Source: an uncultured Verrucomicrobiae bacterium
Lineage (GTDB): Bacteria; Verrucomicrobiota; Verrucomicrobiia; Chthoniobacterales; UBA10450
DNA length: 64,000 nucleotides
NCBI GenBank assembly: GCA_963834385.1
Contig: CAWIBO010000003.1
Span: forward strand, 288,001-352,000
Direction: 5' to 3'
Each line of letters starts with the position of its first letter. Within the stretch, counting starts at the first letter, position 1. Shown piece after piece: positions 11,312 through 21,711 of the stretch. Below the pieces are notes generated by a model. It was not told the origin of the DNA. It worked only from the letters and a program-made list of their open reading frames with translations, and did no database searches. The position numbers were made by a program, and so were the translations under genes.

Positions 11312-12649
11312 GTGGTCCGTTTCACGGAACCGCTGGCGATCACGCCATGGGAGTCCGCGCTCGCCATGGAGGGGATGCGGTTCCAGGCCGGGCTGCCGCT
11401 CTACGAGCCCGGCCACGCCACCCATCTCTACGGGCCGCTTCTTTCCGTCGTCCTTGGCGGATTGTTTTCCGTCACCGGGCTGGACCTGCTGGCGGCGCGG
11501 CTGCTTTTCTCCTCGTTCGCCCTGGTCCTTGTCGGTCTCCTGACGTGGCTCCTTTGCCGGGACGGGCTGCGCCGGTTCGCCCTTCTGGGCGCGCTTCTCT
11601 TCCTCGCGGTCAATTTGCGCACCAGCTTCGTTTTTTTCTCCACGCAACCCGATTGCCTTGCGGCCTTGCTCGCCCTCCTCGCGCTCGTTCTCTGGATCGA
11701 CGCGGGTGGCTCGTGGGTGCGCCACGGCTTTGCCCTTGGTCTTTTCCTCGCCGCGCTGCTTTTCAAACAGACCAGCGCGGCGTTCGCCCTCATCCCGATT
11801 GCGCACGCGCTTCTCTTTGATCGGTCCCGCCTGCTTCGAGCCTGTCTGCCCGCGGCCTTTCTCCTGGCCGCGCTGCTCGCGCTGCGCTTCGTTTACCCCG
11901 CGGTTTTCCACGGCATGGTGGCTGTCCCGGGCACGCTCAAGGTCCATTACGGACGGCTGCCGGCGATGTCCCTTTATTTGCTGGCCACTTTTCCCATCTT
12001 TTTTGTCGCGCTCCTCGCCCGGCTGCTCGACCCGGCCGCGCTGTCGAAGAGGGAACGCTGGATTTGTTCCGCCCTGGTTGTCCTGGTGCCGGTGAGCATC
12101 TGGACCACGATCAAGAGTGGCGGCGGCTACAACTCGCTCCTCTTTGGGTTTTTGGCGCTGACGGCGTTTGTGGTGGTCCAGCTCGATCGCCTGTTGCACC
12201 TGTTCCAGGAGAATCCCCGGCGTCAGCTTGTCATGTCCACCGCCGCGGCCGTGGCCCTTCTTTGTTCCTTTTTCTTCAATTTCGAGCGCGCGGTTCCTCT
12301 TCTCCTCGGGAGAAGCGGCGACGAAAAATATCCCGCGGCGGTGGACCTGGCCCGCCAGCTTGGAGAAGGCGTGGTTTCTCCTCACGATCCGACCATCGCT
12401 TTCCGGGCCAACGGCTTTTTCGGGCGCAGCCTCTATTTCGAGCTCGATACCCACTCGGAGAATGGCGAATGGCCGCTTGATCTTCCCGAGGGCATGCGCA
12501 CCGAGCTCGAACAAAGCCGTTATGTCATTCAGGTCGAGACCGGCGTGCCTTCGCGGTTGACGCCCGCGCGGCTGGACCAGCTCGGGTTCCGGCCGTTGGG
12601 GGTGCCGTCGCTGGCCGGGTCCTCCTATTCGCTCTGGGGAAAAAAGTAG
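11312..12649 (+). CDS. Polytopic membrane protein, GT-C/ArnT-like; reading frame open upstream to about 11225, start uncertain
   Basis: Many TM helices; PLYEP..HLYGPL, QPDCLA, FKQT motifs typical of GT-C fold proteins. Confidence 0.6.
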   Translation: MVRFTEPLAITPWESALAMEGMRFQAGLPLYEPGHATHLYGPLLSVVLGGLFSVTGLDLLAARLLFSSFALVLVGLLTWLLCRDGLRRFALLGALLFLAVNLRTSFVFFSTQPDCLAALLALLALVLWIDAGGSWVRHGFALGLFLAALLFKQTSAAFALIPIAHALLFDRSRLLRACLPAAFLLAALLALRFVYPAVFHGMVAVPGTLKVHYGRLPAMSLYLLATFPIFFVALLARLLDPAALSKRERWICSALVVLVPVSIWTTIKSGGGYNSLLFGFLALTAFVVVQLDRLLHLFQENPRRQLVMSTAAAVALLCSFFFNFERAVPLLLGRSGDEKYPAAVDLARQLGEGVVSPHDPTIAFRANGFFGRSLYFELDTHSENGEWPLDLPEGMRTELEQSRYVIQVETGVPSRLTPARLDQLGFRPLGVPSLAGSSYSLWGKK

Positions 12650-12724
12650 GCGGCGCTCCGTTTTCCCCGGAGAGGTGAAGCCCCATTTGCCAAGGGCGCT
12701 CCCCCACGGGAGTTTTGCCCGCGC

Positions 12725-13966
12725 ATGGCGTTCCTGAACGAGAATTATCTCAAACTCCAGGCTGGTTATCTTTTTCCCGAGATCGCCCGCCGGGTCCGCG
12801 AGTTTTGTGAGGCTGATCCCCAGGCCGCGACGCGCCTGATCCGGTGCGGCATCGGCGATGTCACCGAGCCGCTTCCCTCGGCCGTGATCAAGGCCATGAA
12901 AGCCGCGGTGGATGAGCTCGGTGCCCGCGAAACGTTCCGCGGTTACGGCCCGGAACAGGGCTACGAGTTTTTGCGCCAGAAAATCGCGCAGCGCGATTTT
13001 CGGGATCGCGGCATCGAGATTGCCGACGACGAAATTTTTATCTCCGACGGGTCGAAGCCCGATTGCGGTCATATTCTCGACATCCTGGGCGACCAAAACC
13101 GCATCGCCATCACCGACCCGGTCTACCCGGTCTACGTCGACACCAACGTCATGGCCGGCCATACCGGCCCGGCCCGGCCGGAAGGGGGCTACGAGGGGCT
13201 GGTCTACCTGGCCTGCCGCGCGGAGAACGGTTTTGTCCCGGCACCGCCGGCCGAGCATGCGGACCTGGTTTATCTTTGTTTCCCGAACAACCCGACCGGC
13301 GCGGTGGCCACGCGGGCGCAGCTGGAGCGCTGGGTGGAATGGGCCACGGAGCATGATGCCATCATCCTCTTCGATGCGGCCTACGAGGGCTACATCAGCG
13401 ACCCGGCGATTCCTCATTCGATTTTCGAGATCCCCGGCGCGCTGGCGCGGGCGGTCGAGTTTCGGAGTTTCTCCAAGACCGGCGGTTTCACCGGGGTGCG
13501 CTGCGGGTTCACCGTCCTGAGCCGGCAGTTGCAGGCGCGGACCGAAGAGGGCCGGCGGCTGCCGCTTCACCCGCTCTGGCACCGGCGCTGGAGCACGAAG
13601 TCAAACAGCGTGAGCTACCCGGTGCAACGCGGGGCGGAGGCGCTTTACAGCGAGGCCGGGCAGGAGGAGGTGCGCCGATTGATCGAGCATTACATGGGCA
13701 ACGCGCGGCTGCTGCGGGAGGCGGCGGAGGAGGCCGGCCTCGAGGTGCATGGCGGCACGAACGCCCCTTACATCTGGGTGCGGACGCCGGCGGGCACGAG
13801 CAGCTGGGAGATGTTCGACCGGATGCTGCGGGAGTTGAACGTCGTTATCACGCCGGGGAGCGGTTTTGGCTCTCAAGGCGAGGGTTATTTCCGCATTTCC
13901 GCCTTTAACAGCCGCGAGAACGCGCAGGAGGTGGCACGGCGGCTGCGGGAAACGAGTTTCACCTGA
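12725..13966 (+). CDS. dapL: LL-diaminopimelate aminotransferase
   Basis: [57 protein letters not shown]. Confidence 0.96.
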   Translation: MAFLNENYLKLQAGYLFPEIARRVREFCEADPQAATRLIRCGIGDVTEPLPSAVIKAMKAAVDELGARETFRGYGPEQGYEFLRQKIAQRDFRDRGIEIADDEIFISDGSKPDCGHILDILGDQNRIAITDPVYPVYVDTNVMAGHTGPARPEGGYEGLVYLACRAENGFVPAPPAEHADLVYLCFPNNPTGAVATRAQLERWVEWATEHDAIILFDAAYEGYISDPAIPHSIFEIPGALARAVEFRSFSKTGGFTGVRCGFTVLSRQLQARTEEGRRLPLHPLWHRRWSTKSNSVSYPVQRGAEALYSEAGQEEVRRLIEHYMGNARLLREAAEEAGLEVHGGTNAPYIWVRTPAGTSSWEMFDRMLRELNVVITPGSGFGSQGEGYFRISAFNSRENAQEVARRLRETSFT

Positions 13967-14024
13967 AACGTTTCCTCCGCGGCAGGCTTGTCCTCGCCCG
14001 CTCTCGAAAATAGAGTTCACCGTC

Positions 14025-14522
14025 TTGCAGAAAGAAGCCGCCTCTCCCAGTCCCCAGAATCTCCCGCAGCTCTACCGCTTCTGTTTTCTCATGACGGCGG
14101 ATTTGGGCAAGGCCATGGCTGCGTTCGAGGACACCGTGCGCGAGGCCGCGCTGCTCTCCGCGCAGGGCGAGCCGCCGCGCGACCGGCTCTGGTTTTACCG
14201 GGAAGCGCGCTGGCGCTGTCTCGCCGCGGGCGAACAAGGCCTCCAGCCGGAGGAAACGGAGGTGGAAGAGGCGGAGCTTTCGCCCGACGCGCCGGCGCAA
14301 CTTCGGCGGCTGGACCCGGAACAGCTGGCCATCTGGATTTCCGCCGCGCCCGATCCGCAGCGCAGTGCGCTGGCCCTGTATTATCTCGACGAATTTTCCC
14401 ACCGCGAGCTCCTGGCCCTTCTCGGGATGAAAGTGGGGGACCTTGGCGGCATGCTCGCGCAGGCGCGGCGGCAGTTGCAGGCCTGGCTCGATGCCCACGT
14501 GGAGGTGACCGCCGATGAATAG
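14025..14522 (+). CDS. ECF sigma-70-like factor (divergent)
   Basis: LYRFCFLMT...WFYREAR region-2-like; PQRSALALYYLDEFSHRELLALLG...LAQARRQL region-4-like; TTG start assumed. Confidence 0.65.
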   Translation: MQKEAASPSPQNLPQLYRFCFLMTADLGKAMAAFEDTVREAALLSAQGEPPRDRLWFYREARWRCLAAGEQGLQPEETEVEEAELSPDAPAQLRRLDPEQLAIWISAAPDPQRSALALYYLDEFSHRELLALLGMKVGDLGGMLAQARRQLQAWLDAHVEVTADE

Positions 14523-15300
14523 GATCTGGGCCTCCCGCCGCCGCGACGCACTCCTGCAATGCGCGCCGATCAGCGATACCCATCCGCAGGACCGGGCCAT
14601 GCGCGTGGCGGTGCATCGCGGCCGCAAAGGCAAGCGTGATGCGCCAGCCTTCGATTTGCAGACCAAATTCGACCGGGCCGTGGCCGGGGTGGCCAAAACG
14701 ATTCCCATTCCCCCCGAAGCGACCACTCTTTTCGTTAACGAAAAACTCGTCGCCCAGCCGGAGAAACGGTCGGTCTGGCGTTCGGTGCGCAACCCCACCA
14801 TCGTCGCCATTGTCCTTGCCCTCCTCGTCATCGCCGGCATCTCCATCCACACCGTCATGACCCGGTTGGAAGCCTTTCCGGGCTCGGTCACCGCCCGAAA
14901 AATGCTGGCTGTGGCCGCCTCGACCCGCCTGGCGCAGCTCGAGCCGGTCCAGTCGGATGCCGGCGCCCTGAGCGACCTCCTTTTCATGAAACATCGGCTC
15001 GAGCATTATGATGTCGCGCCGGAGTTCGCCGAGCTTCGCACCATCGGCTACCGCGTGTTCGACGATGAAGATGGCCGGCGGGTGGCGCAGATCGGCGTCG
15101 ACGAAAAACGCATGCAGCTCTTTCTTTTTCCCGTCGAACTCTCGAAGGAGGCCACCCCGACCGAGCCGGGTGAATGGCGCTTTGTCGAGCACGAGGCCTG
15201 GATCGGGGCGGTCCAGCAGAACAACGGCGTCATCTTCATGGCCGCGGTGCGGGGAAAGAAAAAGGATCTGCTGCCGTATTTGCCGAAAAAGCCGGATTAG
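14515..15300 (+). CDS. Single-TM protein, putative anti-sigma factor
   Basis: Overlaps the sigma gene stop; cytoplasmic N-terminus, [18 protein letters not shown], periplasmic domain. Confidence 0.55.
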   Translation: MNRIWASRRRDALLQCAPISDTHPQDRAMRVAVHRGRKGKRDAPAFDLQTKFDRAVAGVAKTIPIPPEATTLFVNEKLVAQPEKRSVWRSVRNPTIVAIVLALLVIAGISIHTVMTRLEAFPGSVTARKMLAVAASTRLAQLEPVQSDAGALSDLLFMKHRLEHYDVAPEFAELRTIGYRVFDDEDGRRVAQIGVDEKRMQLFLFPVELSKEATPTEPGEWRFVEHEAWIGAVQQNNGVIFMAAVRGKKKDLLPYLPKKPD

Positions 15301-15322
15301 GCGCGGGCGGAAAGGAAGGAAT

Positions 15323-15397
15323 TGGTGCCAGGGGGGAGAGTTGAACTCCCGACCAAGGGCTTATGAGTCCCCTGCTCTACCACTGAGCTACCCTGGC
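15323..15397 (-). tRNA. tRNA with CAT anticodon (Ile2/lysidine type or elongator Met), CCA encoded
   Basis: GCCAGGGTAGCTCAGTGGTAGAGCAGGGGACT-CAT-AAGCCCTTGGTCGGGAGTTCAACTCTCCCCCCTGGCACCA. Confidence 0.93.
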
Positions 15398-15450
15398 GCG
15401 GCGAAAATGTTCGACGCCACGGGCGACGCTGTCAACGCGGCCCGGCCCGA

Positions 15451-16581
15451 TCAGCTGACGAAATCCGCCACCGGTTCCATCCCTTCCACGTGCGAGCAGA
15501 GGATCTTGAACGCGGCCAGGATCGGCACCGCCAGGATGATCCCGGCCACGCCCCACATCCAGCCCCAGAAAGCGAGCGAGAGCAGGACGATGATTGGATT
15601 CAGGGTCAACGAACGTCCCAGGACCATGGGGGTGACGACCTGCCCTTCGATCGTGGTCAGGGCAAGATAGACCGCCGGGAAAAGCAGAGCGTATCCGAAG
15701 CTGTCGAAGCTCAGGATCGCCGCCAGGGTCATGCAGATGATCCCGACAAGAGCGCCGACGTAGGGGACGAAGTTAAGGATGGCGACAAGCACGCCCCACA
15801 TGATGGGGTTGGGGAGGCCGAGAAAGTAGACGGCGATGCCGACGGCCAGTCCGAGCGAACAGTTGATCACCGTGATCGTGAGCAGATACCGCGACACCTG
15901 GGACTCGATGTCGCGCGCGATGGAAACCGCGCGCTTCTTGTCCGCCAGCCGCGGCATCAGCCGGAGCAGCTTGGCCAGGAAAACTCCGTCATACGCGAGC
16001 AGGAAATAAAGGAGGATCAGGGTAAAAACGAAACTGACGACGAACTCCGGGCCTTGCACGTAGAGCGTGTTTAGAAGCGACCCCTGCTTGATCTCGACCG
16101 TGGGCGGACGCTTCTGGTCGTCGGGCGCGGTTAGTTTTTCGATCTCGCTGGTGGCCTGGGCCACCTGCGCCATCGGTTTCCTGATGGGAAGAAGCTTCTG
16201 CTGAAGCTGCTGCAAACTGTAAGGGGCTTTCTCCAGCCAGCCCGCCGCCGGGACGGAAAGAACAGAGAAGCCGTAGAAGACGAGGCCGATCATGCCGAGC
16301 AGAAGCATGGCCGCGCCCAGGCCGGTGCCGATGCGCGCCCGGGCCAGCAAACGCACCACCGGGGTCAGCAGGTAGCTGAGAAACCATGCCAGCACGATCG
16401 GGAGCAGGATCGAGCGCATGAAAAAGAGAGTGTAAAAAAGAGCGAGGACGAACAGGCCGCTGAGCGCGAGTGAGCGGATGTCGAACGGTCCGCGCAGCAG
16501 ATCCGGCAGCCGGGTCCGGGGCGTCGCAGTGACGGGAACGGTCTCGACCGCCGGTTCCGGAGGAATTGGGGGGTTCGACAT
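15451..16581 (-). CDS. AI-2E family transporter
   Basis: YLLTPVV, LNFVPYVG, IEGQVVTPMVLG, WGVAGIILAVP. Confidence 0.93.
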   Translation of the reverse strand: MSNPPIPPEPAVETVPVTATPRTRLPDLLRGPFDIRSLALSGLFVLALFYTLFFMRSILLPIVLAWFLSYLLTPVVRLLARARIGTGLGAAMLLLGMIGLVFYGFSVLSVPAAGWLEKAPYSLQQLQQKLLPIRKPMAQVAQATSEIEKLTAPDDQKRPPTVEIKQGSLLNTLYVQGPEFVVSFVFTLILLYFLLAYDGVFLAKLLRLMPRLADKKRAVSIARDIESQVSRYLLTITVINCSLGLAVGIAVYFLGLPNPIMWGVLVAILNFVPYVGALVGIICMTLAAILSFDSFGYALLFPAVYLALTTIEGQVVTPMVLGRSLTLNPIIVLLSLAFWGWMWGVAGIILAVPILAAFKILCSHVEGMEPVADFVS

Positions 16582-16653
16582 GTAATTGATTCGCGCGCCG
16601 CGGGTTGCTTACGCGTTTCCCTTGTGGCCTTAGCACCGTATTCTTCTCCGGTC

Positions 16654-17116
16654 ATGGCGGAGCAACGATTTTTCGAGGAGATCAGACCGGGCGACCGCTT
16701 TGTCTCGCCCGGTCCACGAAATGACGGACGAGGCCATGCGCGTCTTTGCCCGGGAATACGATCCGCAGGCCTTTCACCTGGATGAGGCGGCCGCGAAAGA
16801 GACGATCTTTCGCGGGCTGACCGCGAGCGGCTGGCATACCGCGGCGGTGGCCATGCGCTTGTTTGTCACCTGCGGCCTGAACCCGGCCGATGGCGCCGTC
16901 GGCCTCGGGGTGGACGAGATGCGCTGGCCGGAGGCGGTTCGCCCGGGCGATCGTCTCCAGGCCGAGATCGAGATTCTGGAAGCCCGCGTTTCCCGCTCCC
17001 GCCCGGGCTTCGGCATCATTCGGCTGCGCAATACCGTGCGCAATCAGCGGGGCGAGGTGGTCCTGACCCTGGTCGCCCATGCGCTGGTGCGCCGGCGTGA
17101 GGGCGGCCCGGCTTAA
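16654..17116 (+). CDS. MaoC family dehydratase; frameshift near 16705
   Basis: MAEQRFFEEI from ATG 16654; FAREYDPQAFHLDE, ASGWHTA, MRWPEAVRPGD. Confidence 0.88.
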
Positions 17117-19305
17117 ACCGCGTTCTGCTCCGCCAACGCTTTGCAGGCGCGCAGGTCCAGCTTGCCCGAAGCCAGCACCGGGATGGCTTCCACCCGCCTG
17201 ACGGCGCGCGGAATCCAGAGATTGGGCAAACCGCACTCGGCCAGTTTCTCGCGCAGGCCCGGGAGGTCCACCTCCCGGGTGCTCAGGAGAAGCAGCGCTT
17301 CGCCCTTGCTCTCGTCCGGTACGCCCATGACAACGAGGGTTCGCTCGGACTCGCCGTCCAGCCCGAGGCATTGCACCGCTTTCTGTTCCACCACTTCATG
17401 CGGCACCATTTCGCCCCCGATCTTCGAGAACCGCGAAAGCCGGCCCTCGATGAAGAGAAAACCATCCTCGTCAAAGCGTCCCAGGTCGCCGGTCATGAAC
17501 CATCCCTCCTTGATCACCTCGGCCGTCCGCACCTCGTCATGGAGATACCCCTCGAAAATGTTCGGCCCGCGCAGCCAGAGCATTCCGGTCTCGTGCAGAC
17601 TTATCCGCACATGCGTTTCCGGGTGCCGGATCTCGGCCGCGAGGCCGGGCGCCATCTTTCCGGTCGACCCCGGCCGATGGGAGGGTTGCACTGCCGGCCC
17701 GGGGGGGTCGGGCAGGTTCACACTTACCACCGGCGCGGTCTCGGTGAGCCCGTATCCTTCCATGATGGGGAGACCAAAGCGCTGGGCAAAGGCGTCGGCC
17801 AGATCGAGCGGCAGCTTTTCCGCGCCGGCAATGACGAGGCGCAGGCTCCGGAGCTGGGCGGGCTCGGCTTTGCGCAGGTAGGCGCGGAGGAACGTGGGCG
17901 TGCCCAGGAGCAGGGTTACCTTGTAGCGTTCGATCAAGGCGGCCAGCTTGGCCGTTTCCAGGGGTGACGGATAGGTGACGATGCGGACGCTGTTGATGAG
18001 CGGATACCAGAGCGTGACCGTGCAGCCAAAGCTGTGGAAGAGGGGAAGCGAGGCGAGAATGAGATCATCTTTTTTCGCATCGAGCATGACCGCGAACTGG
18101 CTGACGTTGCCGAGGAGATTGCGATGGCTCAGGACCACGCCTTTCGGTTTGCCTGAGCTGCCGCTGGTAAAGAGAAGGACCGCTTCGGCCCGGTCGCCAT
18201 ACCTGGGCAACTCGAGGAGCCGGGCCAGCAGGCTTGATGGAAGGAGCAGGCCGAGCAGCCACCACTGAAGGATGGCCCCCTTCATCGGCGGCAGGATTTT
18301 GTCGAGCAGGAGCAGCTCATCAGGCCAGGGAAACTCGGCAAACCGCTGCACGACCGGCTGGGCGGTAATGATGGCGCGGAGACCGGCCTGGGTGATGGCC
18401 GATTCAATGGACTCGCGTCCGCTGGTGAAGTTGAGGTCGACCGGCACCTTCCCGGCGAGAAGGACCGCAAGGTTTGCCACCACGCCTCCTTTGCCCGGCG
18501 GCAGCACCACCCCGATGCGCGGCTCTGGATGTTCGCGTCGGAGTCGGCGGGCGAGGGCGAGGGCAACGCCGAGCAGTTTGCCGTTGCTCAGGCTCGAATG
18601 ATCCATGCCGTCGATGACCGCGGTGCGGAACGGGTGCCGCTTCAGGCCGCGCAGGCAGGCGCGCCCGAGATGGGCGCGCAGCGCGGGCCGCGCGCTGTAG
18701 CAGGTTTCACCCAGCTTCAGCAAGGCCTCGCGCACCGTCGCGATGTCGGCTTCCTCCGCGCTCAGGGGCGCGCCGAAGGCGACGCGGACGGGGTAGGGGA
18801 GCTGGCGCGGGAACTTGCGAAAAAACCGGCCGCCCTGGAAGGAAAAGATGGAACCCCAAAGCTGGTCGAGCCAGACCGGGACCACGCGCGCGCCGGCCTG
18901 CCGGGCGATCAGCTCGTAGCCCCGCTGCAGGCGGAGGAGTGTGCCCGAGCGGGTGAGCTGGCCTTCCGGGAAAAGGCAGACGATTTCTCCCGCTTCGATG
19001 ATTTCCGCCGCGGTGCGCAATCCTTCCTTGGCCCGGCGGGAGGAGATGGGAATGGTGCCGGCCAGTTTCAGGACGCGGCCGACGAGCGGCCGGCGATAAA
19101 ACGATTCATCCACAATAAAGCGAATCCGGCGGGGAGAGGCCAGTTGCAGGACGATGGCGTCGACAAAGGAGATATGGTTCGGCAGGAGAAGGAACCCGCC
19201 GGCGGGGAGCTGTTCGGCGCCGGTCACGCCCACGCGGTAGACGAGGCGGGCCAGGCCGAGACCAAGGAAGTAAAGCAGGCGTTCCGGGAGCGATCGTTTG
19301 CTCAT
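17113..19305 (-). CDS. aas: Bifunctional acyltransferase (PlsC) / acyl-ACP synthetase (Aas-like)
   Basis: NHISFVD, FPEGQLTR; AMP-binding LFTSGSSGKPKGV, EGYGLTE, RFSKIGGEMV, SGKLD. Confidence 0.88.
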   Translation of the reverse strand: MSKRSLPERLLYFLGLGLARLVYRVGVTGAEQLPAGGFLLLPNHISFVDAIVLQLASPRRIRFIVDESFYRRPLVGRVLKLAGTIPISSRRAKEGLRTAAEIIEAGEIVCLFPEGQLTRSGTLLRLQRGYELIARQAGARVVPVWLDQLWGSIFSFQGGRFFRKFPRQLPYPVRVAFGAPLSAEEADIATVREALLKLGETCYSARPALRAHLGRACLRGLKRHPFRTAVIDGMDHSSLSNGKLLGVALALARRLRREHPEPRIGVVLPPGKGGVVANLAVLLAGKVPVDLNFTSGRESIESAITQAGLRAIITAQPVVQRFAEFPWPDELLLLDKILPPMKGAILQWWLLGLLLPSSLLARLLELPRYGDRAEAVLLFTSGSSGKPKGVVLSHRNLLGNVSQFAVMLDAKKDDLILASLPLFHSFGCTVTLWYPLINSVRIVTYPSPLETAKLAALIERYKVTLLLGTPTFLRAYLRKAEPAQLRSLRLVIAGAEKLPLDLADAFAQRFGLPIMEGYGLTETAPVVSVNLPDPPGPAVQPSHRPGSTGKMAPGLAAEIRHPETHVRISLHETGMLWLRGPNIFEGYLHDEVRTAEVIKEGWFMTGDLGRFDEDGFLFIEGRLSRFSKIGGEMVPHEVVEQKAVQCLGLDGESERTLVVMGVPDESKGEALLLLSTREVDLPGLREKLAECGLPNLWIPRAVRRVEAIPVLASGKLDLRACKALAEQNAV

Positions 19306-19354
19306 CGTTTAAGGTTTACATTCCGCAGGTTGCCTACTGCAATCGGCATTTCCC

Positions 19355-20602
19355 ATGCGCAGCAACGAAGTTTCAAGGCCGGGCGCCGTGACCGCCCTTG
19401 TTCTTCTGCTCGCGATCAATCTCTCCAACTACATCGATCGCTATGTGCTCTCCGCGGTGGAGCCGAGCATCCGGCAGGCTTTCTTCGCCCCGGGCGACCC
19501 GAACGCGATGGCGCTGACCGGCAGCCTGGCCACCGCCTTCCTGGTCACCTACATGCTGGCCGCCCCCGCCCTGGCCTGGCTGGCCGACCGCTTCTCGCGG
19601 TGGCTGATCATCGGCATCTGCGTTCTGCTCTGGAGCGTGGCCACCGCGGCTTCCGGCTGGGCCCAGACCTTTTTCATGCTCGCGTTCACCCGCGTGCTGG
19701 TCGGCATCGGCGAAGGCGGCTACGGGCCCGCGGCGCCGGCGCTCCTGGCTGATTATTTCCCGATCCGGAGCCGGGGCCGCGTCATGGCGGTGTTCTGCTG
19801 CGCCATTCCGGTCGGGAGCGCGCTCGGTTATGTCCTCGGCGGCCTGGTCGACGCCAGCCTCGGCTGGCGCTGGGCCTTTTATATCGCCGCCTTGCCCGGC
19901 ATCATCCTTGGCCTTCTTTGCCTGACCCGCATTGATACGCGGCAGGGCCTTTCCTCGGTGCGCCGCCGGGCCGGTCGCGAGGATTACGCGATGCTGCGGC
20001 GCAACCGGTCCTACGTCTTCAATTGCGCGGCGCAGACGGCCATGACCTTTGCGCTCGGGGGGCTGGCCTTTTGGATGCCGGCCTATCTGATTTTTCGCGG
20101 GCAATCGCCCGCCCTGGCCACGCCGGTCTTTGGCGGGATCACCGTGGTGGCCGGGCTCACTTCCACGCTTCTTGGCGGCATTCTGGCCGACCGCCTCCAG
20201 CCGCGGATCAATGGCGCCTATTTCTTCGTTTCCGGCGTGGGGATGCTGATCGCCTTTCCTTTTTCGCTCGCCTTCATCTTCGCCCCCTTTCCGCTGGCCT
20301 GGATCTTTCTCTCCCTGGCCGTTTTCTTCGTTTTCCTGAACACCGGACCGTCCAATGCCGCGCTGGCCAACGTCGTCCCCTCCAAGGTCCGCGCGACCGC
20401 TTTTGCGCTGAACATCCTGGTCATTCACGCGCTCGGCGACGCCATTTCGCCGCCGCTGCTTGGCGCCGTGGCCGGCCGGGCCAGCATGAACATCGCCTTC
20501 CTCGTCATCTCGGCCATGATGCTCCTGTCGGGCCTGCTCTGGCTCGCCGGCCTCAAATATCTCAAGGCCGACACTGCGGCCATCGAGGCGGAGGAAGAAT
20601 AA
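19355..20602 (+). CDS. MFS transporter, Spinster-like
   Basis: INLSNYIDRY, WLADRFSR, RVLVGIGEG, AIPVGSALGY, WRWAFY, HALGDAISP. Confidence 0.88.
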   Translation: MRSNEVSRPGAVTALVLLLAINLSNYIDRYVLSAVEPSIRQAFFAPGDPNAMALTGSLATAFLVTYMLAAPALAWLADRFSRWLIIGICVLLWSVATAASGWAQTFFMLAFTRVLVGIGEGGYGPAAPALLADYFPIRSRGRVMAVFCCAIPVGSALGYVLGGLVDASLGWRWAFYIAALPGIILGLLCLTRIDTRQGLSSVRRRAGREDYAMLRRNRSYVFNCAAQTAMTFALGGLAFWMPAYLIFRGQSPALATPVFGGITVVAGLTSTLLGGILADRLQPRINGAYFFVSGVGMLIAFPFSLAFIFAPFPLAWIFLSLAVFFVFLNTGPSNAALANVVPSKVRATAFALNILVIHALGDAISPPLLGAVAGRASMNIAFLVISAMMLLSGLLWLAGLKYLKADTAAIEAEEE

Positions 20603-20641
20603 AAAAAAACGGCAGGAGCAACTTGCGTCACTCCTGCCGTT
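20601..20641 (-). terminator. Rho-independent terminator
   Basis: Stem AACGGCAGGAG/CTCCTGCCGTT with an A-tract on the + strand (U-tract for the minus-strand gene). Confidence 0.75.
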
Positions 20642-20663
20642 GTAATTGAACTTCTGTTGGTCG

Positions 20664-21611
20664 TTACGGGGTCGCCGTCGGACTCGAAGAGGGCTTGCTT
20701 TCTCCCTCCTTGGTCGCCGCACCGGTTTTCACACTGGTGTCGGCCGCACCGGCGGCCTTGCCGCTGATCGTTTCGGTGGTTCCCGCCTTGGTTTCCGCTT
20801 CGCTGGCGGTGCTGGCGCTTCCGCCGGCGGAAGTGCCGGTGGATTTTTCACGCACGCTGCCGCTGGCATCCGTGGAGCTTTTCGCCGCGGGGCTCGCGGT
20901 GGCTGAACTGCCGCTGCGGGAGGCAGCCGTCGCTGTCGGGCTGGCTTTTGGGCTGCTCGCCGGGCTGGCTGTCGCCTTGGGCGACGCGGTCGCGGTGGCC
21001 GCAGGCGAGGCCGTGGCGGTCGCGGTCGCTGCCGGAGAAGCCGTGGCCGTGGCCGTCGGAGCCGGTGAACCCGTCGGAGCTGCTGTCGGCGCGGTCTGGC
21101 CGGCCGAGCCGCTGGCGCCGCCGCGGACGTTGGTCGTGTTGGTGTTGATGTTCACCCCGACCCCGAAGGTCGGCTGCACGCCGTAGTAGGAGTAGACCTG
21201 GCTGAAGTAAGCCGGCTGGCTGTAGCGCTCGATATTATTGTAGTCGAACGCGGGAGCGTTGTAGATGCGTTCCCGCTCAACCCGGGCCGTGTAATACTCC
21301 TGGTTCGGCGCGGCACTGTAGACCGACCAAGGCACCGCCACTGTTTTGGCGGAACCGGTCGCGCGGCCCACCGTGCCACCGGTGGAAAGGACGGTGTAAG
21401 CCATGCAGCCGGTTTCACGATCAAGGACAATGTCCTTGATCACGCCGACTTCCTGGCCATCCGAGGAGCGGACCTTCATGCCGATGACCTTGCTGCTCTG
21501 GATGTAACCATCCGTGGTTGTTGTCTGGGTGGTGGTCGTTCGCGTCTGTGCCTCTGCCGAAACAGACGCGAGCACGGCCACCATGATTGTTGCTGCCAAT
21601 GTGTTTTTCAT
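20664..21611 (-). CDS. Secreted PRC-barrel protein with Ala/Thr/Ser/Pro-rich tail
   Basis: Signal peptide; SSKVIGMKVRSSDGQEVGVIKDIVLD...AYTVL...VAVPW; tail with ATATASPA repeats. Confidence 0.85.
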   Translation of the reverse strand: MKNTLAATIMVAVLASVSAEAQTRTTTTQTTTTDGYIQSSKVIGMKVRSSDGQEVGVIKDIVLDRETGCMAYTVLSTGGTVGRATGSAKTVAVPWSVYSAAPNQEYYTARVERERIYNAPAFDYNNIERYSQPAYFSQVYSYYGVQPTFGVGVNINTNTTNVRGGASGSAGQTAPTAAPTGSPAPTATATASPAATATATASPAATATASPKATASPASSPKASPTATAASRSGSSATASPAAKSSTDASGSVREKSTGTSAGGSASTASEAETKAGTTETISGKAAGAADTSVKTGAATKEGESKPSSSPTATP

Positions 21612-21711
21612 GGTTTTGGATGGACGGCGCGTTGGTGTGGGTTATTCAGCGCCATCATCTGAAACTCGCCTTTGCAGGCGGTTCTGGATGCCTCTTCCGC
21701 CGCCCGATTTT

